This document shows, piece by piece, positions 18,042-32,543 of a stretch of DNA of 64,000 bases. Below the pieces are notes generated by a model. That model searched no databases. It had not been told where the DNA came from and was given only the letters and a program-made list of their open reading frames with translations. Both the position numbers and the translations under genes were made by a program. Within the stretch, counting starts at the first letter, position 1. The number at the start of each line of letters is the position of its first letter. This stretch comes from Candidatus Omnitrophota bacterium (GTDB lineage Bacteria; Omnitrophota; Gorgyraeia; Gygaellales; Profunditerraquicolaceae): positions 128,318 to 192,317 of the forward strand of contig JBAZLM010000001.1 of the NCBI GenBank assembly GCA_041650295.1, given 5' to 3'.

Positions 18042-19372
18042 ATGGATATAACGATGAAAATAATGATAGATACAATTTGGGTCTTGATTACGGCAAAAAT
18101 GGTGTTTTTTATGAACTTAGGGTTTGCCATGGTGGAATCAGGATTTGCGCGTTCTAAGAATTGCGTAAATATTCTTTCCAAGAATTTTGTTGTTTTTGCG
18201 GTTTCTTCGGTGGGGTTTTTACTTTTAGGCTGGGGTCTTATGTTTGGCGATGGTAATGCTTGGGTGGGATTAAAGGGACTTTTTTTGCTAGTGGCCTGGA
18301 TAATTCTCCGGCCATCGGAGAAGCTTACAAAGGAGTTTATTCGGCTCTTTCTTGGACCGGGGTACCAATGTGGGCGAAATTTTTCTTTCAGCTAGTTTTC
18401 TGCGGCACTGCGGCAACCATTGTCAGCGGTGCAGTTGCTGAACGCATTAAATACGGTACCTTTATTGTTTTTTCATTTTTAATGGCGATGTTTATTTATC
18501 CGATTGTTGGCCACTGGATTTGGGGTGGTGGGTGGTTACAAATTAAAGGATTTTTTGATTTTGCCGGTTCTTCAGTGGTACATTCCGTAGGCGGATGGGC
18601 GGCTTTGGCCGGTATCTTAGTTTTAGGTCCGCGCTTTGGTAAGTATACTAAAGAAGGAAGGATGAACCCGATCCCTGGCCATAATTTATCGATGGCTACT
18701 TTAGGAACTTTCGTACTTTGGTTTGGGTGGTTTGGTTTTAATCCTGGTTCGACGATGTCGGCAGACCCTGTCGCCATTAGCCATGTTGCCATTACCACGA
18801 ATATGGCTGCAGCGATGGCTACGATTAGTGCAACAGTTCTGTCTTGGATATTATTAGGTAAGCCAGATTTAGGAATGACTTTAAATGGTTGTTTGGCTGG
18901 ATTAGTGGCAATTACGGCATCTTGCGCTTTTGTAAGCGTACCTAGTTCTTTGATTATTGGTACGGTTGCCGGAGTGCTAGTAGTTTTTTCGGTAATTTTC
19001 TTTGATAAGGTGCGGCTTGATGATCCGGTGGGGGCACTTTCTGTACATTTAGTAAACGGAGTTTTCGGTACTTTATGTGTGGGACTATTTGCTCAAGATA
19101 AAATTGCCGGAATCTCGATTCATAATGGTCTTTTTTACGGCGGCGGTTGGAAACTTTTTACTACCCAGCTTGCCGGAGTATTAGGAGTAGCCGTTTTTAC
19201 TTTTGTAATCTCTTTGATCTTTTGGGTTATTTTAAAGTATACGATGGGAGTGCGTGTGAGTTTAAAAGAAGAGATTGAGGGGCTAGATATCGGCGAGCAC
19301 GGTAATTCTGCCTATCCTGAATTTTCAGGTAGAAAACCAGCGTACTCTTTTATTAAGACCGGTAAAGAATAA
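18042..19372 (+). CDS. amt: ammonium transporter Amt, reading frame interrupted by an apparent -1 frameshift near 18276-18287 (GGG/T7 homopolymers)
   Basis: RBS GGAGG and ATG at 18042. The N-terminal part (track ORF 17988..18395) contains [31 protein letters not shown]. The C-terminal part (18260..19372, another frame) contains [32 protein letters not shown], typical of Amt/AmtB. The two frames overlap around a T7 run. Confidence 0.6.
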
Positions 19373-19393
19373 AATTTATTTACGGAGGTTAAG

Positions 19394-19732
19394 ATGAAAA
19401 AAATAGAAGCGATTGTAAGATCAGAAAGCGTTGATGAAGTACGACAAGCTTTGACTGGCGCAGGAGTTAATGGCCTGATGATCTCTGAAATTGAAGGCCA
19501 TGGCAAGCAGAACGGAGTAGTGCAGTTATGGCGCGGTGAGAAATATAAAATTGAGCTTTTGCCGAAAGCTAGAATTGAGATTATTGTTAAGGACAAAGAT
19601 GTGGAGCGTATAACGAATGCGATTATTCAAAGCGCCCGCACCGGAGAGATCGGAGACGGTAAGATATTTATTTATCCGGTGGATGAGGTTATCCGGATAC
19701 GCACTGGTGAAAAAGGCGAAGCAGCGGTATAG
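19394..19732 (+). CDS. glnB: nitrogen regulatory protein P-II
   Basis: MKKIEAIVRSE...GVNGLMISEIEGHGKQ...GEKYKIELLPKARIEIIV..GDGKIFIYPVDEVIRIRTGE is the canonical P-II sequence; 112 aa. Confidence 0.85.
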   Translation: MKKIEAIVRSESVDEVRQALTGAGVNGLMISEIEGHGKQNGVVQLWRGEKYKIELLPKARIEIIVKDKDVERITNAIIQSARTGEIGDGKIFIYPVDEVIRIRTGEKGEAAV

Positions 19733-19759
19733 ACTAAATTTTAAAATAAAGGAGTTAAA

Positions 19760-21958
19760 ATGAGTATAAGACAAAATACACTATTTAAAATTAAAAGCTT
19801 AACGTTAGATAAGGTTAATGCCCCGGAAAAAGTCTCTGGGTATTTTGGAGAGAATACTTTTAGTTTAGAATCGATGCAAAAGCATGTTTCTAAAAATACT
19901 TTCCAAGCTTTTCAAGTTTGGATTGCCGAAGGCAAAACTATCTCTTTAGCGCAAGCTAACGAAATTGCTGGTGCCATGAAAGATTGGGCGCTGGCCAAAG
20001 GTGCTACCTATTATACGCATTGGTTTCAGCCGATGACCGGCTTAACTGCGGAAAAGCATGATAGCTTTATTTCTTTCTCTGGTCCGGGAAAAGTAATTGA
20101 AAAATTCTCTGGCAATAAATTAATTCAAGGGGAGCCGGATGCTTCGAGTTTTCCTTCCGGCGGCATTCGCGCAACTTTTGAAGCCCGGGGTTATACCGCC
20201 TGGGATCCTTCTAGTCCAGCTTTTATTATTGAATCTACCCTAGGTAAAACTTTGTGTATTCCCACGATATTTATCTCCTATCACGGTGAAGCCTTAGATA
20301 AAAAATTACCATTACTACGTTCTGATGAAGCTTTAAATAAAGCAGCAGTCGGATTATTAAAATTGTTTGAACATAATAAAGGAGTTAAAAAAGTTATCTC
20401 CACCTGCGGCGCCGAACAAGAGTACTTCTTAATTGATAAACATTACTATAATCTGCGTCAGGATTTAATTATGACTGGTCGGACCTTGGTTGGTGCGCCC
20501 AGTTCGAAGGGCCAACAGCTAGAAGACCAATACTTTGGCACGATTAAAGAGCGAGTGGTTAATTTTATGTTTGAAGTTGCTGCCGAAGCGTATAAATTAG
20601 GCATTCCGGTAATGACTCGGCACAATGAAGTTGCTCCTCATCAGTATGAATTTGCGCCGATATTTGAAGAATCAAATATCGCCGCGGATCATAATCAGCT
20701 CCTTATGGAGTTGATGAAAAAGATAGCTTTAAAACATGGAATGGTTTGCTTATTACATGAAAAACCATTTGCGGGCATTAATGGTAGCGGCAAACATTTA
20801 AATTGGTCGCTGGCGGATAATCAAGGGAATAATTTACTTAATCCTGGACAGACCCCGGAAGATAATTTGCAATTCTTAGCGGTACTCTCGGCGGTTTTAA
20901 GGGCGGTTTATCTGCACGGCGATCTTTTACGTGCATCCGTAGCTTTAGCCGGTAATGAGCATCGTTTAGGCGCTAATGAGGCGCCTCCTGCGATTATCAG
21001 TGTGTTTTTAGGTGAACAGTTAAACAATATTTTAAATATGATTGAAAAAGGAGTTAAATCCAAAGTCTCTAAAGCTGATATCATGGATTTAGGGATTGGC
21101 CGTTTGCCCAAATTCAATAAAGATTCTACTGACCGTAACCGTACTTCACCATTTGCTTTTACAGGTGCGAAATTTGAGTTCCGGGCAGTGGGATCATCCC
21201 AAAACATCTCAACGCCGATTGCGGTTGTAAACACCATCATTGCCGAAAGTTTAGACTATGTAGCCGCAGAGATTAAAAAAGCGATGGGAACCAAGAAAGA
21301 TTTTAACGCCGCAGTATTACAGGTTATCTCTAAAATTGTTAAAGAGACTAAAGATATTCGCTTTGAGGGGAACAACTACTCAGAAGAGTGGGTTAAAGAA
21401 GCCAAGCGTCGCGGATTACCCAATGTTAGCTCAACTTGCGCAGCGCTGGAAGCTTTAACTAAAAAAGAAAATATCGCTTTATTTGAAAAGTATAAAGTAT
21501 TCTCTAAAGAAGAATTAATTGCCCGTTATCACATCTGGATCCATATGTATAATCTCACTTTGGAGATTGAAGCCAATACACTGAATGAAATGGTGAACGC
21601 TTCCGTAGTTCCGGCGGGGTATAAGTATGAGAAATTATTAGCTTCAACCTTAGAAGAATTAATGCAGCTTAAAAAAAGTGCTAGTCTAAAAGTGGATGCT
21701 GCGGCATTAAATGATAAAAAAGAGCATCTTTGTGAGATAGTATTAAAAATTTACTATGTGCGCAAAAATGCTTTGGCGATGATTAAATTGCTGGATAAAG
21801 CTAAACAGCTAAATAATGAAAAACGAGCTGAGCTTTATTTTTCAGGACTGAAGCCTTTAATGGAGCACATTAGAAAACATGTAGATGCATTAGAGTCTGT
21901 GGTCCCGGATGATACTTGGGATTTACCTAAATACCGGGAGATGTTGTTTATTAATTAA
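19760..21958 (+). CDS. glnN: glutamine synthetase type III
   Basis: 732 aa; the N-terminus (FGENTFSL..MQKHVSKNTFQAF...ATYYTHWFQPMTG) and the GS catalytic region (NGSGKHLNWSL) are typical of GSIII. Confidence 0.8.
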   Translation: MSIRQNTLFKIKSLTLDKVNAPEKVSGYFGENTFSLESMQKHVSKNTFQAFQVWIAEGKTISLAQANEIAGAMKDWALAKGATYYTHWFQPMTGLTAEKHDSFISFSGPGKVIEKFSGNKLIQGEPDASSFPSGGIRATFEARGYTAWDPSSPAFIIESTLGKTLCIPTIFISYHGEALDKKLPLLRSDEALNKAAVGLLKLFEHNKGVKKVISTCGAEQEYFLIDKHYYNLRQDLIMTGRTLVGAPSSKGQQLEDQYFGTIKERVVNFMFEVAAEAYKLGIPVMTRHNEVAPHQYEFAPIFEESNIAADHNQLLMELMKKIALKHGMVCLLHEKPFAGINGSGKHLNWSLADNQGNNLLNPGQTPEDNLQFLAVLSAVLRAVYLHGDLLRASVALAGNEHRLGANEAPPAIISVFLGEQLNNILNMIEKGVKSKVSKADIMDLGIGRLPKFNKDSTDRNRTSPFAFTGAKFEFRAVGSSQNISTPIAVVNTIIAESLDYVAAEIKKAMGTKKDFNAAVLQVISKIVKETKDIRFEGNNYSEEWVKEAKRRGLPNVSSTCAALEALTKKENIALFEKYKVFSKEELIARYHIWIHMYNLTLEIEANTLNEMVNASVVPAGYKYEKLLASTLEELMQLKKSASLKVDAAALNDKKEHLCEIVLKIYYVRKNALAMIKLLDKAKQLNNEKRAELYFSGLKPLMEHIRKHVDALESVVPDDTWDLPKYREMLFIN

Positions 21959-22025
21959 AGATATAGGAGTTAGCCCGAAACGGGATTAATTTTTTGATAA
22001 AAAGTGCTAATTATTTAGACAAAAA

Positions 22026-22274
22026 ATGCAAAATGAAAAGGCAAAAGAGATAGAAAAAGCGATGTTTGAACTTGATCGACTTTTTCTTAAAGAGCAAGAA
22101 GGAAAGATTTATCATATTATGTTGGATGCGCTAGATAAGTCTTTAATTAGAAATACATTAGTGGTGACTTTTGGTAACCAAATTAAAGCGGCCCGATTAT
22201 TGGGAATAAATAGAAATACCTTGCGCGCTAAAATAAAAAAACTAGGTATTTCTTTAGATGAGGTAAAGTTATGA
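22026..22274 (+). CDS. Fis-family HTH DNA-binding protein
   Basis: C-terminal FGNQIKAARLLGINRNTLRAKIKKLGI matches the Fis/NtrC-type HTH; 82 aa. Confidence 0.45.
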   Translation: MQNEKAKEIEKAMFELDRLFLKEQEGKIYHIMLDALDKSLIRNTLVVTFGNQIKAARLLGINRNTLRAKIKKLGISLDEVKL

Positions 22275-25200
22275 AAGCTCAAGGGTTATATGACCCAAAA
22301 TTTGAACACGATGCTTGCGGTGTAGGGTTTGTCTGTAATATTAAAGGCCAACCTTCAAATGCGATTGTCAAGCAGGGGGTGGAGGTATTACATCGTCTGG
22401 CGCATCGTGGTGCGGTGGGGGCGGATCCTAAAACCGGAGACGGGGCGGGGATTTTAATCCAAACTCCGCATGAATTTTTAAAAAAAGTTACACGTAAGCT
22501 TCAAATTAATCTACCGGCGCCGGGGTTTTATGGTTGCGGATTGATATTTTTACCGCAAGATAATGCTGCGCGTCAGTTTTGTAAAGAAACATTTGAAAAA
22601 GTTATCCAAGAACAAGGGCAGACATTTTTAGGTTGGCGGAGTGTGCCGATTGATGATTTGGTCATTGGCCAAGGTGCTAAAAGTAGCCAATCTGTTTTTG
22701 AACAAATTTTTATCGGGCGGAATAAGCAGATTAGCGATCTCTTGGCTTTTGAGCGACGACTTTATTGTATTAGAAAAGAGGTGGAGCGGATAATCTTTAG
22801 CGCAGAGCTAAAACAAAAAGAATATTTTTATATTACGAATATCTCTGCGCGTACTTTAGCTTATAAAGGATTGCTTATGCCGGAGCAGATCGACCACTTT
22901 TTTCTTGATCTTAAGGATGAAAGTTTGAAAAGCGCTCTGTGTTTAGTGCATTCGCGTTATTCTACCAATACTTTCCCCACTTGGAACCTGGCCCAACCGT
23001 TTAGATTTTTGGCACATAACGGAGAGATTAATACTTTACGGGGCAATATTAATGGGGTGCGCTCACGTGAACGTTTATTATCCAGTGAATTATTTGGTAT
23101 GGATATTGAAAAACTTAAGCCGGTGATTGTAGAAGGGGGAAGTGATTCGGCGGCGATGGATAATTTTTTTGAATTATTAGTTTTATCTGGTCGACCGCTT
23201 GAGCATGCGATGATGATGATGGTCCCGGCGGCTTGGGAGCATGATCATCAGATGAGTAAAGAGTTAAGAGATTTTTATAAATACCATGCTTGTTTTATGG
23301 AGCCCTGGGATGGCCCGGCGGCAATTGCTTTTACCGACGGAGAGAATGTTGGAGCGATCCTGGACCGTAATGGTTTGCGTCCGGCCCGCTATATTCTAAC
23401 CCATGATGATTTTGTGGTGATGGCTTCAGAAGTGGGAGTTTTAGATATTCCTGCGCAAAAGATTAAGTTTTCCGGAAGACTGGAACCGGGAAAAATGTTT
23501 TTTATTAATACTAAATCTGGTCGGATCATCGAAGATTCGCAACTTAAACGTGAAGTGAGTCAGCGTTTCGCATATGGTCAATGGAACGATGAGAGCATGG
23601 TTGATTTAGATAAATTAATCAGCTCTGAGGTTAGTCATAAAAAATCAAAAAATTTATTATCTGAGCTTAAAGCTTTTGGTTACTCGCGGGAAGATTTAAA
23701 GATGGTGATTAAACCTATGGCTGCTGAAGGCAAGGAACCGGTAGGCTCGATGGGTAGTGATATTCCTTATGCCTTTTTATCAAAAAAACCACAAATTTTA
23801 TATAGTTATTTTCGTCAGCTTTTTGCTCAAGTTACCAATCCGCCGATTGATTCAATCAGAGAAAAATTGGTGATGAGTTTAGAAAGTTTTATCGGTCCGG
23901 AAAAAAATATTCTTGAGCAGACTCCTAAGCACAGTCATAAACTCAGAGTTAGAAATCCCATTCTCACCAATCAAGATTTGGAAAAAATTCGCGATATTAG
24001 TATTAATAGCTTTAAAACTAAAACTATTTATACTTTTTTTGCTGCTTCTACTGGGCAGGAAGGTTTTGTGCAGGCTTTAGAGAGGATTTGTTTTGAAGCT
24101 GAATATGCGATTGAACAGGGTTATGCTTTTATAATTCTAAGTGATCGTGGGGCGGATAAAGATAATATTGCTTTACCCTCTCTTTTGGCTACTAGCGCGA
24201 TTCATCAATATTTGGTCAAGAAAACTGTACGTTCTCAAGTAGCCTTGGTGGTAGAAAGTGCTGAGCCCAGAGAAGTGCATCATTTTGCTTTGCTTTTTGG
24301 CTACGGAGCAGATTGCATTAATCCTTATTTAGCATATGAGGCGGTAGAGTATTTGCTTGAAGAAAAAGAGATTGATTTAGAGAAAAAAGTTGCTTTAAAA
24401 AATTACAATAAATCAATTACCGATGGAATCCTAAAGATTCTTTCTAAGATGGGGATCTCAACTTTACGCAGCTATCGCGGGGCGCAAATTTTTGAAGCCT
24501 TGGGTTTAGATAATGATTTGATTGAAAAATATTTTACTGGCACAGTGTCGCGTATTGGCGGGGTGGGATTAGCTGGTATTGTGGATGAGACTATGCAAAG
24601 ACATCTGCAGGCGTATGCCCCTGGCGCAGTTGATACAGATTATTTAACCAGCGGGGGAATTTATCAATGGAAGAAAGACGGTGAATTCCATCTCTGGAAT
24701 CCGGAAAGTATCGCCGCGCTGCAGGATGCTACAGCACATGCAGATTATGAAAAATATAAAGAGTTTGCCCGTTTAATTAATGATCAATCAAAAAACCCGG
24801 TAACTTTAAGAAGTTTACTTAAATTCTCTGATTCATCGGGTCAAGAAAAGATAAAACCAATTCCCATTGCAGAAGTTGAACCGGCAGAGAATATTTTAAA
24901 ACGTTTTGTGACCGGAGCGATGAGTTTTGGTTCAATTAGTGGAGCCGCTCATGAGACAATTGCGATTGCCATGAATCGCATCGGCGGAAAATCTAATACT
25001 GGTGAAGGCGGAGAGGATCCGAATCGATTTATAACTTTACCCAACGGAGATTCTCGGCGTAGTGCGATAAAACAAGTAGCTTCTGGCAGATTTGGGGTGA
25101 CGATTAATTATTTAGTGAATGCTGATGAACTGCAGATAAAAATTTCACAAGGGGCCAAGCCCGGAGAAGGAGGACAGCTGCCGGGACATAAGGTCAGTGA

Positions 25201-26803
25201 AATTATTGCCCGTACCCGTTACACTACTCAAGGGGTAACTTTAATTTCACCTCCGCCGCATCATGATATTTATTCAATTGAAGATCTGGCACAATTAATC
25301 TTTGATTTAAAAAATGCTAATCCAAATGCACGGATTAGCGTAAAGTTAGTTTCTGAAGTAGGAGTGGGCACCGTGGCTGCTGGTGTGGCTAAAGGTCATG
25401 CCGATATGATTCTTATCTCCGGTGGTGATGGAGGAACCGGGGCTTCCCCGCGCAGTTCCATTCGTTATGCCGGACTTCCTTGGGAGTTAGGTTTAGCCGA
25501 GACACATCAAACCTTGTTACTTAATAATTTACGTTCGCGGGTGCGTCTGCAAACCGACGGTGGCATGCGTACGGGTCGCGATGTGGCTATCGCCGCATTA
25601 TTAGGGGCCGAAGAATATGGTTTTTGTTCGGCGATTCTGGTAGTAATCGGTTGTGTCATGTTAAGACATTGTCATTTAAACAATTGTTCAGTCGGGGTGG
25701 CCACACAAGATAATATTTTACAGAAAAGATTCCGTGGTCAAGCCGATCATATTGTTAATTATTTTAATTTTATTGTTGCTGAGTTGCGGGAGATTATGGC
25801 GCAGTTAGGTTTAAGAACGATTGATGAGATGATTGGCCGGACCGATCTTTTAGAGTTAAATCGGCAGATTATCCCGGAGAAAGCCAAAGGCTTAGATTAT
25901 TCTAAGATTCTTTTTAGGCCTAATCTGGCCGACCACATTGGTCGTTATTGTAAAGTAAAGCAAGATAGTGGGCTGGATAATGTTTTGGATCGAAAACTTA
26001 TCCAACTTTGGAAGGATAGTTTAGAAAAAAATCTACCTGCGAAACTTGCGCTAGAAATTAACAATACAAATCGTACTACCGGAGCGATGCTCAGTGGTGA
26101 AGTGACTCGTGCTTGTGGAGATGGAGTACTTTTAGAGGATGCTTTAACGGTTAAATTTAAAGGAATTGCCGGTCAGAGTTTTGGGGCATTTTTAGCCAAA
26201 GGAATTACTTTTGAATTAGAGGGTCTGGCTAATGATTATATCGGTAAAGGTATCTCTGGCGGAAAAATTATAATTTATCCTAATCGAGAGATCAATTATA
26301 ACGCGGATGAAAATATTATTGTGGGCAATACTTCATTTTATGGAGCCATCTCTGGTGAAGCTTATATCAGTGGAGTTGCCGGCGAAAGATTTTGCGTGAG
26401 AAACTCTGGTTTATATGCAGTGGTAGAAGGGGTGGGAGATCACGGTTGTGAATATATGACCGGGGGTAGAGTAATTATTTTAGGTAAAACCGGACGTAAT
26501 TTTGCCGCCGGGATGAGCGGCGGGATTGCCTATGTTTATGATGAAGATGCTACATTTAAGGAGCGTTGTAATTTAGATATGGTGGAGCTAGAAAGAGTTA
26601 AAGAAGATGAGCGGGATACTCTGTATCATTTATTAAGTAACCATTTTAAATATACTAAAAGTGTGAAGGCTAAAAAGATCTTGGCTAATTTGGCTAGCGA
26701 GCTAAAAAAGTTTGTGCGGGTAATGCCGACAGAGTATAAGCGGATTTTAGAAGGGGTCAAGATCGAGGAAAAACCGGATATTGCGGAGGCATTGAATGGA
26801 TAA
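22271..26803 (+). CDS. gltB: glutamate synthase large subunit
   Basis: N-terminal amidotransferase domain (...FEHDACGVGFV), FMN/Fe-S central domain and GXGXG C-terminal domain; 1510 aa. Confidence 0.9.
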   Translation: MKAQGLYDPKFEHDACGVGFVCNIKGQPSNAIVKQGVEVLHRLAHRGAVGADPKTGDGAGILIQTPHEFLKKVTRKLQINLPAPGFYGCGLIFLPQDNAARQFCKETFEKVIQEQGQTFLGWRSVPIDDLVIGQGAKSSQSVFEQIFIGRNKQISDLLAFERRLYCIRKEVERIIFSAELKQKEYFYITNISARTLAYKGLLMPEQIDHFFLDLKDESLKSALCLVHSRYSTNTFPTWNLAQPFRFLAHNGEINTLRGNINGVRSRERLLSSELFGMDIEKLKPVIVEGGSDSAAMDNFFELLVLSGRPLEHAMMMMVPAAWEHDHQMSKELRDFYKYHACFMEPWDGPAAIAFTDGENVGAILDRNGLRPARYILTHDDFVVMASEVGVLDIPAQKIKFSGRLEPGKMFFINTKSGRIIEDSQLKREVSQRFAYGQWNDESMVDLDKLISSEVSHKKSKNLLSELKAFGYSREDLKMVIKPMAAEGKEPVGSMGSDIPYAFLSKKPQILYSYFRQLFAQVTNPPIDSIREKLVMSLESFIGPEKNILEQTPKHSHKLRVRNPILTNQDLEKIRDISINSFKTKTIYTFFAASTGQEGFVQALERICFEAEYAIEQGYAFIILSDRGADKDNIALPSLLATSAIHQYLVKKTVRSQVALVVESAEPREVHHFALLFGYGADCINPYLAYEAVEYLLEEKEIDLEKKVALKNYNKSITDGILKILSKMGISTLRSYRGAQIFEALGLDNDLIEKYFTGTVSRIGGVGLAGIVDETMQRHLQAYAPGAVDTDYLTSGGIYQWKKDGEFHLWNPESIAALQDATAHADYEKYKEFARLINDQSKNPVTLRSLLKFSDSSGQEKIKPIPIAEVEPAENILKRFVTGAMSFGSISGAAHETIAIAMNRIGGKSNTGEGGEDPNRFITLPNGDSRRSAIKQVASGRFGVTINYLVNADELQIKISQGAKPGEGGQLPGHKVSEIIARTRYTTQGVTLISPPPHHDIYSIEDLAQLIFDLKNANPNARISVKLVSEVGVGTVAAGVAKGHADMILISGGDGGTGASPRSSIRYAGLPWELGLAETHQTLLLNNLRSRVRLQTDGGMRTGRDVAIAALLGAEEYGFCSAILVVIGCVMLRHCHLNNCSVGVATQDNILQKRFRGQADHIVNYFNFIVAELREIMAQLGLRTIDEMIGRTDLLELNRQIIPEKAKGLDYSKILFRPNLADHIGRYCKVKQDSGLDNVLDRKLIQLWKDSLEKNLPAKLALEINNTNRTTGAMLSGEVTRACGDGVLLEDALTVKFKGIAGQSFGAFLAKGITFELEGLANDYIGKGISGGKIIIYPNREINYNADENIIVGNTSFYGAISGEAYISGVAGERFCVRNSGLYAVVEGVGDHGCEYMTGGRVIILGKTGRNFAAGMSGGIAYVYDEDATFKERCNLDMVELERVKEDERDTLYHLLSNHFKYTKSVKAKKILANLASELKKFVRVMPTEYKRILEGVKIEEKPDIAEALNG

Positions 26804-28241
26804 AGAAAGAGGTTTTTTAAAATCCGCACGTAAAACCAGTGTGGGCCGACAAGTTAAGGAGCGCTTAGGTGATTATAACGAGGTTTATAAAATGCGTTCT
26901 TTAGAGGATTCCATTGAACAGAGTAGTCGTTGCATGGATTGTTCAACTCCTTTTTGTCATTGGGGATGTCCGCTAGGTAATTATATTCCGGAATTCAACG
27001 ACAATGTTTTTAAAGGTAATTGGAAGCAGGCGTTTAAATTATTGGAGGCAACGAATAATTTACCGGAGATTACCGGTCGGGTTTGTCCGGGGCTATGTGA
27101 ATATTCTTGCGTATTAGGTTTAAATGATGATCCGGTAACGATTCGGGAAAATGAATTAGCAATTATTGAAGGGGCATTTAAAAATGGATTAGTTCTACCG
27201 CGACAGATAGAAAATAGAACGCAGAAAAAAATCGCCGTGGTGGGTTCCGGTCCGGCGGGTTTAGCTTGTGCTGCCCAGCTTAATTTAGTTGGACACAATG
27301 TCGTAGTTTTTGAGCGGGATCATAAACCGGGTGGGATCTTGCGCTATGGTATCCCGGATTTTAAATTAGAAAAACATATTTTAGATCGCCGGATAAATAT
27401 ATGGAAAGAGGAAGGGGTGGTTTTTAAAACTGGAGTTAATATCGGCGTTGATTATCAAACTGAAAAGCTTTTGCAAGAGTTTGACGCGATTTGTTTGGCC
27501 ACAGGATCGCGCCTACCGCGGGATCTTTCCATTCCCGGAAGAGATTTAAAGGGAATAGTTTTTGCGATGGATTATCTTTCTCAATCGAATAAAGTTGTGG
27601 CAGGGGAAGATATTGGCACAAAAGATTTAATTAATGCAAAAGGAAAACGGGTCGTGGTGATCGGCGGTGGCGATAGCGGAGCCGATTGCGTGGGTACGGC
27701 GCATCGACAAGGTGCGGCCTCAGTGGTACAGATTGAGGTTTTAGCACAACCGGCAACCTGTCGCACTGTTAATCAGCCTTGGCCAAAATATCCTACGCTT
27801 TTAAAAGTGAGCTCAAGCCATGAAGAAGGGGGAGAGCGACATTGGGCGGTGTTGACTAAGCGTTTTAACGGAGTAAAAGGTTGGGTTAATAAAATATCTT
27901 GCGTTAAAGTTGAATTTGTTAAACCCGCCGGGCAGAGTTGTTCGCTGATGCAAGAGATTGCGGGGAGCGATTTTGAAATTAATGCGGATTTAGTTATTTT
28001 GGCGGTGGGTTTTTTACATCCAGAGCCAACTGGTCTGTTGAGTGACTTAAAAGTTAAATTGGACCAACGGGGTAATGTTTGGACCCAAGAAAATTATCTA
28101 ACTAGCGTAGAGAAAGTATTTTGCGCCGGGGATATGCGCCGCGGTCAATCCTTAGTAGTTTGGGCCATTTCAGAAGGACGCCGATGCGCTTATTTTATGG
28201 ATAAATATTTAATGACAGAAACTAGATTACCGATTCTTTAA
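26796..28241 (+). CDS. gltD: glutamate synthase small subunit (NADPH-dependent)
   Basis: Fe-S Cys clusters (CMDCSTPFCH..GCPLGN; CPGLCEYSC); FAD/NAD Rossmann motifs VAVVGSGPAGLACA and VVIGGGDSGADC. Confidence 0.85.
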   Translation: MDKERGFLKSARKTSVGRQVKERLGDYNEVYKMRSLEDSIEQSSRCMDCSTPFCHWGCPLGNYIPEFNDNVFKGNWKQAFKLLEATNNLPEITGRVCPGLCEYSCVLGLNDDPVTIRENELAIIEGAFKNGLVLPRQIENRTQKKIAVVGSGPAGLACAAQLNLVGHNVVVFERDHKPGGILRYGIPDFKLEKHILDRRINIWKEEGVVFKTGVNIGVDYQTEKLLQEFDAICLATGSRLPRDLSIPGRDLKGIVFAMDYLSQSNKVVAGEDIGTKDLINAKGKRVVVIGGGDSGADCVGTAHRQGAASVVQIEVLAQPATCRTVNQPWPKYPTLLKVSSSHEEGGERHWAVLTKRFNGVKGWVNKISCVKVEFVKPAGQSCSLMQEIAGSDFEINADLVILAVGFLHPEPTGLLSDLKVKLDQRGNVWTQENYLTSVEKVFCAGDMRRGQSLVVWAISEGRRCAYFMDKYLMTETRLPIL

Positions 28242-28253
28242 TGAGGTGTAAAA

Positions 28254-32457
<4,204 letters not shown>

Positions 32458-32543
32458 CCCCGTTAATAATAGTGTAGTTACGGGTTTTACGGCTGCCTGT
32501 GGCAGCCTGTTATTAACGGGGTAAATAAAAGAAAGAGGGTAAT

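Noticed and set aside
17714-18157. ORFs 17714..17959 (-) and 17885..18157 (+) upstream of amt
   Set aside because: They overlap the hairpin/T-run leader and the real amt start (RBS+ATG at 18042); low-complexity translations, no motifs.
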